DNA of 63,388 bases, filler included, from Stramenopiles sp. TOSAG23-6 (GCA_900128565.1; 51 parts of 51 records of this genome joined end to end with filler, not necessarily neighbours in it), one strand, 5' to 3'; counted from the whole stretch's first letter, positions 22,504-36,204 are shown. Numbers and translations are program-made. Notes: generated by a model not told the origin, from the letters alone.

Positions 22504-23650
22504 TTCTTTCCATACTCAGAAAGTTCCTGATATTGATTTAAAATGGCTCGCTCACGCAGTCACTGATATATTTCCTGATACTGTTAGTCATCCTGCATTG
22601 CAGCAAAAAGTACTGGAGAATATGCATAAATTCACTGCCGCAATTCCAGTGTTTTATGGTTCATTTTCAGACATTATAAAAGTGTATGAGCAAGGTCAGT
22701 TCAGTGAAAAAATCAAAGATAACATTAGTTTATGTGACACTATTACTGTTGGTATGGTCGAATCAGATGCAAAGGGTCAGGTTATGGAAATATATGAACA
22801 TATTTTACATATAATTACTGATGTCGGATTTTCAACAACGTTTCCTCAGTGGGAAATATGTACGTTTTCAATTTCGATTTCAAATTTTTTTTTCATAGTA
22901 AATTTCATACCTAACGATTATTTTTTTGAATATTTTTTCATACTGTATGCCATTCTTCTGATCTATGGAAAGCGATGCAAGAGGCCATCACCAAAAACAT
23001 ATATAACGTTGATTCGTGTACATCTTTATCATTAAAATTAAAAAAAAAAAAATTACGTAGAAAATTTCGTATCTAACAAAAATATCTACAGAAAAATATA
23101 TATATATGTTTTCACAACAAATACTTTATGATAGAAAATGACGAAGGTGCTCGAGATCGCGTGATGCTACAGGAATTTGCATTTTGGTGTCTATCAACAA
23201 TATATGGAATACATGTACTTTTTGATTGCAAATTTTCAATTTTCAATATTTTTGCTTCTACTTCTACTTTAAATTTGAAGATCCATTTGAAATGTAGTTT
23301 TTTTTACAAAGAAAAATTAACATTGTTTTCTACTTTTTTTTCTAATTTTTTCAAACAATAAAGAGTTCCCACTTTGTTGGCTCAGCTGCTCCGGAGTGGA
23401 CATTAACAAAGGCATCTGAAGTTAAGGAAAAACTTCCTAAATTTTGGAGTTTACATGAAGAAACTTCATCAAAAGTGATGGGTGCTCCATCTCTTGCTAC
23501 ATTAAATGCATTAGAGAAACTTCAGGATGGTAAAAATGTTCCAAATGCTACTTGGCCAATTCCTAAGAGAACAGTCATCAAAAGTGAAACACCTCCTCAA
23601 GTCTCCACAAATGGAGGATGTGGTTCTTATTTAGCCTCAGGTGCCTCAAA
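22504..23650 (+). CDS. Hypothetical protein, four exons (introns 22860-22948 GT-AT, 23018-23122 GT-AT, 23215-23363 GT-AG)
   Basis: Splicing at these sites gives one continuous frame: FPQWEI|CHSSDLWKAMQEAI..VDS|YFMIE..QEFAFW..GIH|SSHF..PEWTL. Confidence 0.75.
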
Positions 23651-23750
23651 NNNNNNNNNNNNNNNNNNNNNNNNNNNNNNNNNNNNNNNNNNNNTTAATT
23701 AATTAANNNNNNNNNNNNNNNNNNNNNNNNNNNNNNNNNNNNNNNNNNNN

Positions 23751-24762
23751 AAATTCTGAAAATCCACTCATTATTGAAGATGACGTCATAGCCGGATGTA
23801 AACTTCAAATGAGAGGTGCATTAAAAATGAAAGCTTTCTCACAAAGAGTTGTTCCACAATCTGGTTTAGAAAGTTTAATCTTGACAAAGAAACAAAAAGG
23901 GAAACTAAATGAAATAATAGATTTCGAAAAATCACGATCTGTTTTATTTGGTGGGTGGGGATTTTCAAGATCTCAGCACAAACCTGGTTCTGTTGTATTT
24001 TTTTATGGTCCACCAGGTGTAGGAAAATCGGCCTCAGCTGCAGCTATTGGGTTTGATGTAGGAAGACCTTTAAAAGTTGTTTCCTTTGCTCAATTGTTAC
24101 TTGATATGGGGGAACCAAGTAATATGACAGGACGTAGATCAGATGCTGGTGGTGATGGCAAAGCTCGTAGTGGTGCTGGTGCTATTTTTGACGATGCGAG
24201 GTTAATGGATGCAGTTTTAGTCATTGAAAATATAGATTTACACACATTCAGTACTGATGATATGCATACAAAGACATCTATACAATTACTACTTCATGAA
24301 ATAGAACGATTTCCAGGAATTGTGATTTTAATATGGACGACATCAATAAGCCACGGGGGAATCATTTCTTCTGATATTCCTACTGCATTTAGACGACATT
24401 TACAATTTGTTGTTGAATTTACGATGCCAAAAAAAAATGAGCGTACTTTGTTGTGGGAGCGTATGATTCCTACCGAGGTACCTGGTAAACCAATAAAAAG
24501 CAAGGATAATGAAAAAAGTAGCAATAATCCAGATGAAACCAATATAAAAACAAATACAAAACATAACTTTGATTGGGAAGAATTATCACGTTTTGAATTA
24601 TCGGGTGCACAAATTAGCCAAGCTATTGTACATGCGGCTGCTAAAGCTGCATTACGGCCCAAAGGTAAACAATTTTTAAAACAAAAAGATCTTATTTTTG
24701 CTGCGACAAATGAAAAGAAAAAATGTTCGAATGGTTCTGGTTTAATGCGTATATTTAGTTAA
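23751..24762 (+). CDS. AAA+ ATPase, 5' partial
   Basis: FYGPPGVGKS Walker A, degenerate Walker B (LVIENID), and F.MP...R..LW and ELSGAQI motifs. Confidence 0.88.
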
Positions 24763-24997
24763 TTAGTTTTTAATGCTGCAATTAAACTGTTGTAAAATTT
24801 CTCTGCTGTATTGACAACGATAATAATTTGTATTACTAAAACACTCTAATAATGTATTCTTCTAAGAGTTGCACATCAAATAATATCAAAGGCTCTGNNN
24901 NNNNNNNNNNNNNNNNNNNNNNNNNNNNNNNNNNNNNNNNNTTAATTAATTAANNNNNNNNNNNNNNNNNNNNNNNNNNNNNNNNNNNNNNNNNNNN

Positions 24998-26144
24998 AAC
25001 GACATGCANANCGTNCTGCTATNGTAACAGANTCAATAGATAATCTACAAAAGAGTCTTGAAAGTTTAGAAAATAGTGAAACAAAAAGTAATGTAGTAGT
25101 CGGTAAAATATTGCAAAATCCATGTAGAGTTGCATTTGTATTCACTGGCCAAGGCGCACAATACTCAAATATGGCTTTTCAAATGTACCAGAACAACACT
25201 ATTTTTCGTGATGCAATGGAAGAATGCGACAAGTTCTTCGTTGAGTATATGGAAGTCTCTCTAGTTTCGAAGTTATATAAACAACTTGATACCGATGAAT
25301 CCAGCAATACAAACATATCATTAAATTTAAGTGATCCTACATTCGCACAACCAGCATTATTTGCTGTGGAGTATGCACTTTGTCAAGTCATTCAGAAGCA
25401 ACTCGGTGTTGAACCAATTGCGGTAGTGGGACATAGTCTAGGTGAGTTTGCCGCTATGTGTATAGCAGGTATGTTAACATTATCTGAGGCATGTGCCCTT
25501 GTTGCGGCTCGTGGTAAAGCAATGTCGAAACTTGCACANTCANATAGCACAGAAACTGGAACAATGGCAGCTGTATGGGAATCTGAGGAAAATNTTGAAA
25601 TANTTTTAGCTTCAGCAAATATCANAGATGTCGTTGTAGCAGTTGTCAATGGTCCTAAAAGTGTTGTANTTAGTGGTTCAGTNGAANCAATAAATAANAC
25701 NCTTGTTTTATTACACTCGAAATCAATAAAGGCAAANCGACTTGGTGTNACNAGTGGATTTCANAGTGAATGTGTTGAATCGGCAATNCCTGATATTCGT
25801 TCTGCAGCCTCAANCATTCTTCAAGGACATACCAAGNTTNATAATAATATAAAGTTTGTTTCAACTGTTACNGGTGTAGAGCTTTTATCNANCGAAAACA
25901 AATATCGAAATCCAGAATATTGGGCTTCTCAAGCACGAAATAAAGTAAAATTTGTCACTGCAATGNAAAATGTNCTNGGCGANCTTGAATGTAATGTTAT
26001 CATCGAGATTGGACCTCATCCACANTTATGTNCACANATTGANGCAATAGCNGAATCTATTTCATGTGAAGTACGAGTAATNCCCTCAATNAAGANAGAT
26101 GGAAATGATTGGAAGAATATNTGTAAAACAGCNGCAATGCTTCA
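24998..26144 (+). CDS. Type I PKS/FAS acyltransferase (AT) domain, partial (copy 1)
   Basis: FVFTGQGAQY, AQPALFAVEYAL, GHSLGE, NGP, YW..QAR..V.F and EIGP motifs. Confidence 0.93.
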
Positions 26145-26244
26145 NNNNNNNNNNNNNNNNNNNNNNNNNNNNNNNNNNNNNNNNNNNNTTAATTAATTAA
26201 NNNNNNNNNNNNNNNNNNNNNNNNNNNNNNNNNNNNNNNNNNNN

Positions 26245-27391
26245 AACGACATGCANANCGTNCTGCTATNGTAACAGANTCAATAGATAATCTACAAAAG
26301 AGTCTTGAAAGTTTAGAAAATAGTGAAACAAAAAGTAATGTAGTAGTCGGTAAAATATTGCAAAATCCATGTAGAGTTGCATTTGTATTCACTGGCCAAG
26401 GCGCACAATACTCAAATATGGCTTTTCAAATGTACCAGAACAACACTATTTTTCGTGATGCAATGGAAGAATGCGACAAGTTCTTCGTTGAGTATATGGA
26501 AGTCTCTCTAGTTTCGAAGTTATATAAACAACTTGATACCGATGAATCCAGCAATACAAACATATCATTAAATTTAAGTGATCCTACATTCGCACAACCA
26601 GCATTATTTGCTGTGGAGTATGCACTTTGTCAAGTCATTCAGAAGCAACTCGGTGTTGAACCAATTGCGGTAGTGGGACATAGTCTAGGTGAGTTTGCCG
26701 CTATGTGTATAGCAGGTATGTTAACATTATCTGAGGCATGTGCCCTTGTTGCGGCTCGTGGTAAAGCAATGTCGAAACTTGCACANTCANATAGCACAGA
26801 AACTGGAACAATGGCAGCTGTATGGGAATCTGAGGAAAATNTTGAAATANTTTTAGCTTCAGCAAATATCANAGATGTCGTTGTAGCAGTTGTCAATGGT
26901 CCTAAAAGTGTTGTANTTAGTGGTTCAGTNGAANCAATAAATAANACNCTTGTTTTATTACACTCGAAATCAATAAAGGCAAANCGACTTGGTGTNACNA
27001 GTGGATTTCANAGTGAATGTGTTGAATCGGCAATNCCTGATATTCGTTCTGCAGCCTCAANCATTCTTCAAGGACATACCAAGNTTNATAATAATATAAA
27101 GTTTGTTTCAACTGTTACNGGTGTAGAGCTTTTATCNANCGAAAACAAATATCGAAATCCAGAATATTGGGCTTCTCAAGCACGAAATAAAGTAAAATTT
27201 GTCACTGCAATGNAAAATGTNCTNGGCGANCTTGAATGTAATGTTATCATCGAGATTGGACCTCATCCACANTTATGTNCACANATTGANGCAATAGCNG
27301 AATCTATTTCATGTGAAGTACGAGTAATNCCCTCAATNAAGANAGATGGAAATGATTGGAAGAATATNTGTAAAACAGCNGCAATGCTTCA
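26245..27391 (+). CDS. Type I PKS/FAS AT domain (identical contig copy 2)
   Basis: Same sequence and same N positions as 24998-26144. Confidence 0.93.
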
Positions 27392-27504
27392 NNNNNNNNN
27401 NNNNNNNNNNNNNNNNNNNNNNNNNNNNNNNNNNNTTAATTAATTAANNNNNNNNNNNNNNNNNNNNNNNNNNNNNNNNNNNNNNNNNNNNAAAAAAAAA
27501 TTTT

Positions 27505-27539
<35 letters not shown>

Positions 27540-27718
27540 CCGGTAAAAAAAAAAATCGAATATTTTTTTTTATAGTAAATTTTGTACCTAACAAACAATT
27601 TTAGATTTTTTTTTTTTGAAATTTTTTTCCAAAATATTTATTTCTTTTCATACGAAATGTTGTACCTAACAAACAAATTTAGATTTTTTTTTTTTGAAAT
27701 ATTTTTCCAAAATACATG

Positions 27719-28465
27719 ATCTACAAAGAACAATTGAACGTCATATTACAAATTAAAATATATGATATTTTGGATTCAACAAACTTTCCGTATGACAATC
27801 AAAACAATTCGATTACTATTGATCAACAATTGAGAAAACTTCAAGAGACGAATAGTTTGAATTCATCGTGGTCGAAAGTGGCTGTGTATCATGTATGTGA
27901 ATGATTTTTTTTCATACGAAATTTTGTACCTAACAAAATTTTTAAAAAGTTTTGAACTTTTTTTTTTCATACGAAATTTTGTACCTAACAAATTTTTTAA
28001 AAAGTTTTGAACNTTTTTTTTTCACAATACATTTATTCGATTTAAGTACAAATGGGAACCAAACAATCGGTCTTGCAACTCTTGCCGAACCAAGTTATAA
28101 TGGTTTGTGTACAAAAAGCAATGCCTCTATTACCCGGGTGGTAAAATCAAATCCAAGTTGGGTGACTTTTGCCCATGAAATTGGACATAATCTTGGAGGT
28201 CGTCACGTATGTTTTTACTATTAGGGTTAGGGTTGTTTTATAATTTTTTTTTTTTTTTTTTTTGGTAAAAAAATTTTGTACCTAAGAAAAATATTTTTTT
28301 TTTGAAAATAAATATTTTTCCACAATTTATGTATGGGATATCGGGCCAGGGGAACAAGCTGGTATTGGTGGAATAATGGATTATGGAGATAAATTACAAC
28401 TTGATTATTCATATCAATTTCACCCTTCGAATAAAAAATATGTCTGTGGAGTTTTGAAAAAAAGA
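27719..28465 (+). CDS. M12B/reprolysin-type zinc metalloprotease, three exons (introns 27893-28032 and 28207-28330, both GT-AT)
   Basis: AVYH|LFD...IGLA, TFAHEIGHNLGGRH|VWD...GGIMDY supply the zinc motif and Met-turn. Confidence 0.9.
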
Positions 28466-28830
28466 TTTTTTTTTTTTTTTTTTTTTTTTTTAGTAAATTT
28501 TTTACCTAAAAATTTTTTTTAAAAATTTTGAAAAATTTTTTAAAAAAAAATTTTTTTTTTTTTTTTTTTTTTTTGTAGTAAATTTTGTTCCTAACAATTT
28601 TTTTAGAAAATTTTGAAATATTTTTCAAAAAATATGTNNNNNNNNNNNNNNNNNNNNNNNNNNNNNNNNNNNNNNNNNNNNTTAATTAATTAANNNNNNN
28701 NNNNNNNNNNNNNNNNNNNNNNNNNNNNNNNNNNNNNATTACTTAAACCATTTCTTGACGGTAAAAGTCCAGAATCACCTGAAAATGATTTTTCTAGTAA
28801 ACTACTACTGTCGGTATTATTCGCCATTTA

Positions 28831-29883
28831 TTATGAAAAAAGATGTTTTAGAGAGCTATCAGATGTGTGGAATGAATCATTATTAGATGTTTGTGCATGT
28901 GATTTTCCATATAGATTTTGTGTATTATTTTTAGAATCATTTAAATCCAAAGGGCTGCTAGTAGTAATACTAGACAAACCAGCCACTATTGGTTGCTTTA
29001 ACTTGTATGGTTCTGTACCTAAAGAACTCATTACGCGACTGAGAGACGGAGCTGGTGGAATATTATCATTACTTCTATTTGTATGAACTAATGATCTAAT
29101 TTGACCATGATTAGTAATAGATGAAATACTTGCTGATTTGATCTTACTGTCACCAATTGATGTCGAAAAACTAATTTCATCTTGTATGTTCGATTTAGCT
29201 GCTTGAAATGATGCATTTAACTGCGACGACATTTGAATCGGCTTATCGCTAGACACAGAACTATTCAGCGATACAGGAGGAAGAATATCAGGACTAAGGC
29301 TAACTACACCATCTAAACCAAACGAAGCTATACCTCGAGGGGCTGAGAAAAAGGACTTACAACTTGATCCACTCGGTTTACGATGCAACGCATCAGATAA
29401 ACACGTATCTAGCCAAAGCCAGGGTGTTGGTTCAAAAATTAATTTTTTTGCGTCTTTTTTTTTCATTTTCATTTTCCTTAAACGTTTTTTCACTCTACCT
29501 CTTGACTTTCCATTACTACGGCTGGTGGTTTTACGCACTTTTCTCTTNNNNNNNNNNNNNNGTGTTTTTACGCACTTTTCTCTTCGGTGATATGCACTGT
29601 GAAAGAATATTTGTTTTTGTTGGTGTAATAAAAACGTTAGATACAAAATTTCGAACGAAAAAAAAAATAAATTCGAAATTTAAATGATGAAAACGAACAT
29701 AATTGTTTCACTGTTTTGATCAGTTGGAGATGAAGGAGTCGATACGCTGTTCGCTGGTGTAGATTCGGAAGTGTCATTATCGATTGATTTTGTCGCAACG
29801 TTTTCCTCAGTTGTTATTTTTGTTTCTGTAGTACCTTCATTAATACCATCAGTTTGGTTAGGGTTACCATCTGTTTCGTTTGT
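28831..29883 (-). CDS. Ser-rich hypothetical protein with a GT-AT intron at 29592-29698
   Basis: AT|GTTCGTTTT...TTTTGTATCTAAC...TTCACAGTGCAT|A, followed by a long downstream ORF. Confidence 0.55.
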
Positions 29884-30007
29884 NNNNNNNNNNNNNNNNN
29901 NNNNNNNNNNNNNNNNNNNNNNNNNNNTTAATTAATTAANNNNNNNNNNNNNNNNNNNNNNNNNNNNNNNNNNNNNNNNNNNNTTTTTAAAATTTATCTA
30001 ACTTTTT

Positions 30008-30046
<39 letters not shown>

Positions 30047-30103
30047 TAGATAATTTTGTACCTAACAAATTTCACATTGTTGACCTATTTTTGTACAAAA
30101 TAT

Positions 30104-30633
30104 ATGAAAGAGAAAGATCAAATTTAGCTTGGGATAAAAAACAACAACAACAACAACAACAACAAAATATTCAGCACTATAAAACTAAAACATCCAAACA
30201 TTTTAACCCTAACCCTAACCCTACAACATTTAATAATACTAGTCAAATATCAAAAGGTTCATTTGAACAATCATTTAAAGTACAAAAATCTTCTTCTTTT
30301 GTACATAGTACTACAGAAACTCATTGGAGAAACCCACAAAATATTAAAAATATTAAAAATATGAAAAATATGAAAAATAGTAAAAATATTAAAAATACAC
30401 GAAATATTTATCATGGGTCAGGAAGAATTCCGCCACGTGGCACACCACCAATACGAAGTTTTAATACAAAAAATACATACAGACACAGAAATGATTCTCT
30501 TTCGTCTACTACACGAAATCTTAATATCCTGGAAAATAGAACTTCACATCGTAACCCTAACCCTAATGAAAGAAGGACAACAAGAACATTACGTAGGACA
30601 AAATCATATACAAATGTAAGGTATAAACCCTAA
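30104..30633 (+). CDS. Low-complexity terminal exon (poly-Q, NP and KNI repeats); contig repeated at 31229-32373 and 32474-33618
   Basis: Follows the branch motif at ~30057. Three identical contigs. Confidence 0.55.
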
Positions 30634-31252
30634 CCCTAATGAAAGAAGGACAACAAGAACATTACGTAGGACGAAATCATATACAAATGTGTAAGGTATA
30701 AACCATCATAAGTCTTTTTAAAAATTATGTAGGATTACATTGTATACAAATGTGTAAGGTATAAACCATCATAAGTCTTTAAAAATAAAATAAAAAATAA
30801 ATCATTATACAATCATTTTACGTAGTATGAAACATTTTACTATTAAGAATAACATTACTTATATTCAACGTTTCATACTTTACAACTAGGTAGGTAATAA
30901 CTAGTGCTCTACGTATCTTTAGATTCTGTACCATTTTTTTGTACTTTGTTTTTTAGGTATGAAAAAATGGTACGGAATCCCCTACTTGATTATATTGAGG
31001 AATTAATTAAGTCTACTTTTACAATTTACTTGATGTGAAGATGATTATATTTTATTTGTTATATTTTTATTTTTTTTTTATGTATGGACACAACCACCAT
31101 ACATTCATTTATTTTGTCCCTAGGAAGANNNNNNNNNNNNNNNNNNNNNNNNNNNNNNNNNNNNNNNNNNNNTTAATTAATTAANNNNNNNNNNNNNNNN
31201 NNNNNNNNNNNNNNNNNNNNNNNNNNNNTTTTTAAAATTTATCTAACTTTTT

Positions 31253-31291
<39 letters not shown>

Positions 31292-32497
31292 TAGATAATT
31301 TTGTACCTAACAAATTTCACATTGTTGACCTATTTTTGTACAAAATATATGAAAGAGAAAGATCAAATTTAGCTTGGGATAAAAAACAACAACAACAACA
31401 ACAACAACAAAATATTCAGCACTATAAAACTAAAACATCCAAACATTTTAACCCTAACCCTAACCCTACAACATTTAATAATACTAGTCAAATATCAAAA
31501 GGTTCATTTGAACAATCATTTAAAGTACAAAAATCTTCTTCTTTTGTACATAGTACTACAGAAACTCATTGGAGAAACCCACAAAATATTAAAAATATTA
31601 AAAATATGAAAAATATGAAAAATAGTAAAAATATTAAAAATACACGAAATATTTATCATGGGTCAGGAAGAATTCCGCCACGTGGCACACCACCAATACG
31701 AAGTTTTAATACAAAAAATACATACAGACACAGAAATGATTCTCTTTCGTCTACTACACGAAATCTTAATATCCTGGAAAATAGAACTTCACATCGTAAC
31801 CCTAACCCTAATGAAAGAAGGACAACAAGAACATTACGTAGGACAAAATCATATACAAATGTAAGGTATAAACCCTAACCCTAATGAAAGAAGGACAACA
31901 AGAACATTACGTAGGACGAAATCATATACAAATGTGTAAGGTATAAACCATCATAAGTCTTTTTAAAAATTATGTAGGATTACATTGTATACAAATGTGT
32001 AAGGTATAAACCATCATAAGTCTTTAAAAATAAAATAAAAAATAAATCATTATACAATCATTTTACGTAGTATGAAACATTTTACTATTAAGAATAACAT
32101 TACTTATATTCAACGTTTCATACTTTACAACTAGGTAGGTAATAACTAGTGCTCTACGTATCTTTAGATTCTGTACCATTTTTTTGTACTTTGTTTTTTA
32201 GGTATGAAAAAATGGTACGGAATCCCCTACTTGATTATATTGAGGAATTAATTAAGTCTACTTTTACAATTTACTTGATGTGAAGATGATTATATTTTAT
32301 TTGTTATATTTTTATTTTTTTTTTATGTATGGACACAACCACCATACATTCATTTATTTTGTCCCTAGGAAGANNNNNNNNNNNNNNNNNNNNNNNNNNN
32401 NNNNNNNNNNNNNNNNNTTAATTAATTAANNNNNNNNNNNNNNNNNNNNNNNNNNNNNNNNNNNNNNNNNNNNTTTTTAAAATTTATCTAACTTTTT

Positions 32498-32536
<39 letters not shown>

Positions 32537-33783
32537 TAGATAATTTTGTACCTAACAAATTTCACATTGTTGACCTATTTTTGTACAAAATATATGAAAG
32601 AGAAAGATCAAATTTAGCTTGGGATAAAAAACAACAACAACAACAACAACAACAAAATATTCAGCACTATAAAACTAAAACATCCAAACATTTTAACCCT
32701 AACCCTAACCCTACAACATTTAATAATACTAGTCAAATATCAAAAGGTTCATTTGAACAATCATTTAAAGTACAAAAATCTTCTTCTTTTGTACATAGTA
32801 CTACAGAAACTCATTGGAGAAACCCACAAAATATTAAAAATATTAAAAATATGAAAAATATGAAAAATAGTAAAAATATTAAAAATACACGAAATATTTA
32901 TCATGGGTCAGGAAGAATTCCGCCACGTGGCACACCACCAATACGAAGTTTTAATACAAAAAATACATACAGACACAGAAATGATTCTCTTTCGTCTACT
33001 ACACGAAATCTTAATATCCTGGAAAATAGAACTTCACATCGTAACCCTAACCCTAATGAAAGAAGGACAACAAGAACATTACGTAGGACAAAATCATATA
33101 CAAATGTAAGGTATAAACCCTAACCCTAATGAAAGAAGGACAACAAGAACATTACGTAGGACGAAATCATATACAAATGTGTAAGGTATAAACCATCATA
33201 AGTCTTTTTAAAAATTATGTAGGATTACATTGTATACAAATGTGTAAGGTATAAACCATCATAAGTCTTTAAAAATAAAATAAAAAATAAATCATTATAC
33301 AATCATTTTACGTAGTATGAAACATTTTACTATTAAGAATAACATTACTTATATTCAACGTTTCATACTTTACAACTAGGTAGGTAATAACTAGTGCTCT
33401 ACGTATCTTTAGATTCTGTACCATTTTTTTGTACTTTGTTTTTTAGGTATGAAAAAATGGTACGGAATCCCCTACTTGATTATATTGAGGAATTAATTAA
33501 GTCTACTTTTACAATTTACTTGATGTGAAGATGATTATATTTTATTTGTTATATTTTTATTTTTTTTTTATGTATGGACACAACCACCATACATTCATTT
33601 ATTTTGTCCCTAGGAAGANNNNNNNNNNNNNNNNNNNNNNNNNNNNNNNNNNNNNNNNNNNNTTAATTAATTAANNNNNNNNNNNNNNNNNNNNNNNNNN
33701 NNNNNNNNNNNNNNNNNNTACCTAACAATTTTTTTTTTTTTTTACGGAAAAAAAAAATTTTGAAATATTTTTCCAAAATATAG

Positions 33784-34699
33784 GTGTTGGTACTGGTACA
33801 ATGATGGGTGAAATTGATGTTGAAAAAAATGGCGAATCTCCACAGATTTTTTATAATGATGATGAGGAAGATATTGAAAGCAGACCAAATAGTTCATGGT
33901 CAACACAGTCAAGTTTTCAACAACACCAAAAAGAAAAAAAAGCAAATAAAATACGTCAAATGATTGATCAAAATACAAAACAAAATAATTATGAAAAAAA
34001 ACAAAACCCTAACCCTAATAATGAAAACACTAACCCTAATCCTAATGAAAATCCTAATGATAATCCTAGTCCTACTAATGATGATGATGATGATTCTGAT
34101 GATGACATCATTGCGATACGTAATATGAATGAATCTGGAAATGGTAGTACATTTACAACGACATCATTGGACAGTTTTGTGCGTGTCTGGGACATTGGAC
34201 CTGGAACGTGTACGTTTTCATCATGAATTTATTAATTTAATTTTTTTTTTTTTGGTTTTTTTCGTAAAAAAATTTCGTACCTAACGATATTTTTTTTTTT
34301 GGTAAAATTCGTGTTTTTTCACAATACATGTGTAGCAAAACTCGATGAAGTTCATACAGCCCATGTAACACAATCGTTACTCAATATCGATGGTACAAAA
34401 TTATTTACATCTTCTGAAGATAAAACAATAAAAATTTGGAAAAGAGAATCAAATCAAATGTATGAAACTATACAAACTTTAGTAGGACATAATAAATCGA
34501 TTTCGTGTTTATGCACATGTATGTCAACAACCTTTGATGTTGATGAATTATTTATGGAAGATAAAAATACTAAAAATACTGAAAATAGTAAAAATAGTTT
34601 AAGTGAACACTATTTATTTAGTGGTTCTATTGATACTACAATAAAAATGTGGAGCGTGGGTGGTACCGAAACATCTGGGAAACTCATTCGGACATTAAT
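33784..34699 (+). CDS. WD40 repeat protein, two exons (upstream AG acceptor at 33783; GT-AT intron 34210-34329)
   Basis: SLDSFVRVWDIGPGT|CVAKLDEVH...SSEDKTIKIW...GHNKSI...SGSIDTTIKMW. Confidence 0.9.
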
Positions 34700-35240
34700 G
34701 TATGTTTTATTTTTTTTTTTTTTTAAACCAAAAAAAAAAAAATCGAATTTTTTTTTTTTTTTGGAAAAAAAATTTTTTACCAAAAAATTTTTTTTTTTTT
34801 TTTTTTTCAAAAAAAAAAAAAAAAAATTTGTACCTAACAAAAAAAATTTTGAAATATTTTTNNNNNNNNNNNNNNNNNNNNNNNNNNNNNNNNNNNNNNN
34901 NNNNNTTAATTAATTAANNNNNNNNNNNNNNNNNNNNNNNNNNNNNNNNNNNNNNNNNNNNAATGTATTCAAAATTAATATTGAAAAAAAAAAAAAAAAA
35001 AAAAATCGAAAATTGTTTTTTTCGTGTTTTTCATGGTTTTCTTGATTTTTGTCACAAATGAAACAAAACGAAAAAAAATAATTCTGAACACCCCTAACCC
35101 TAATACACATTCTACTTTTAAAAGTACTTACATGAAAGTGAATATCAATAAAAAGTTTTGTTTTTACAAAAAAAATCGATTTTTTTTTTAAGATTTTAAA
35201 AAGATGATAATATTGTTTTTATTGTTGTATACTAAAATCA

Positions 35241-35274
<34 letters not shown>

Positions 35275-35284
35275 NNNNNNNNNN

Positions 35285-35535
35285 ACCACTAACCCTAACT
35301 AAAACCACCTTGTAACTAAAATCACCTGGTAACAAACAAACACTAACCCTAACTAAAACCACCTTGTAACTAAAATTACCTGGTAACAAACAACCACTAA
35401 CCCTAACTAAAACCACCTTGTAACTAAAATCACCTGGTAACAAACAAACACTAACCCTAACTAAAACCACCTTGTAACTAAAATTACCTGGTAACAAACA
35501 AACACTAACCCTAACTAAAACCACCTTGTAACAAA
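35285..35535. repeat. 54-bp minisatellite, ~4.5 visible copies with alternating variants
   Basis: Unit CACTAACCCTAACTAAAACCACCTTGTAACTAAAATYACCTGGTAACAAACAAM. Confidence 0.95.
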
Positions 35536-36015
35536 CCTCGCCCAAAATCACTTTTTTTTATTTTTTTATTTCTTCTATTTTTTTTTGATGATTTTTTTTC
35601 GTGTTTCTGTGTAAATAATTTTGTTGTATTTGTAGTATATTTTGTATTTGTTGGAATTTTATAAGCTTTTAGAAATGTTTTTGTTTTTCTATTATTTTCA
35701 TCCCATCTTTTCATTTCTGCAATTGTTGTTGTTGATGTAAAAGGTCTATGATTTCGTGTTTGTCTTTTGTATTCTGTAGAATTTTTTGAATATTTTGAAT
35801 TTTTTGAATATTTTGAATTTTTTGAATATTTTGAATTCGTGTTTTGATTATTTTCATATTTTGTAATAAATGGTAATTGTAAATAGTTATTATTAGGGTT
35901 AGGGTTGTGACTATTCGATCTATAGTCATCATCATCATTATCATCATCATTATCATCATAATTATCATAATCATAATCATCATTATTTATACTTGTTGAA
36001 TTGGATTTGATTTCA
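35511..36015 (-). CDS. Low-complexity terminal exon (D/N-rich, NP and SKN repeats)
   Basis: Begins after the acceptor TCCAAAATACAT, with the branch motif at ~36056. Confidence 0.5.
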
Positions 36016-36204
36016 TGTATTTTGGAGAAATATTCCAAAAAAAAAAAAAAAAATGTTAGGTACAAAATTTCGTACGAAAAAAAAAAATTAAAATTTAAAA
36101 AAAANNNNNNNNNNNNNNNNNNNNNNNNNNNNNNNNNNNNNNNNNNNNTTAATTAATTAANNNNNNNNNNNNNNNNNNNNNNNNNNNNNNNNNNNNNNNN
36201 NNNN

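Noticed and set aside
34610-35110. Poly-F/poly-K ORFs and recurring MYLT/FVPN/LGTKF peptides in the ORF track
   Set aside because: These are translations of the intron branch motif and A/T homopolymers, not proteins.
35219-35551. ORF with 18-aa repeats (YKVVLVRVSVCLLPG.FS)
   Set aside because: It is a translation of the 54-bp minisatellite at a gene's 3' end, with no independent coding evidence.
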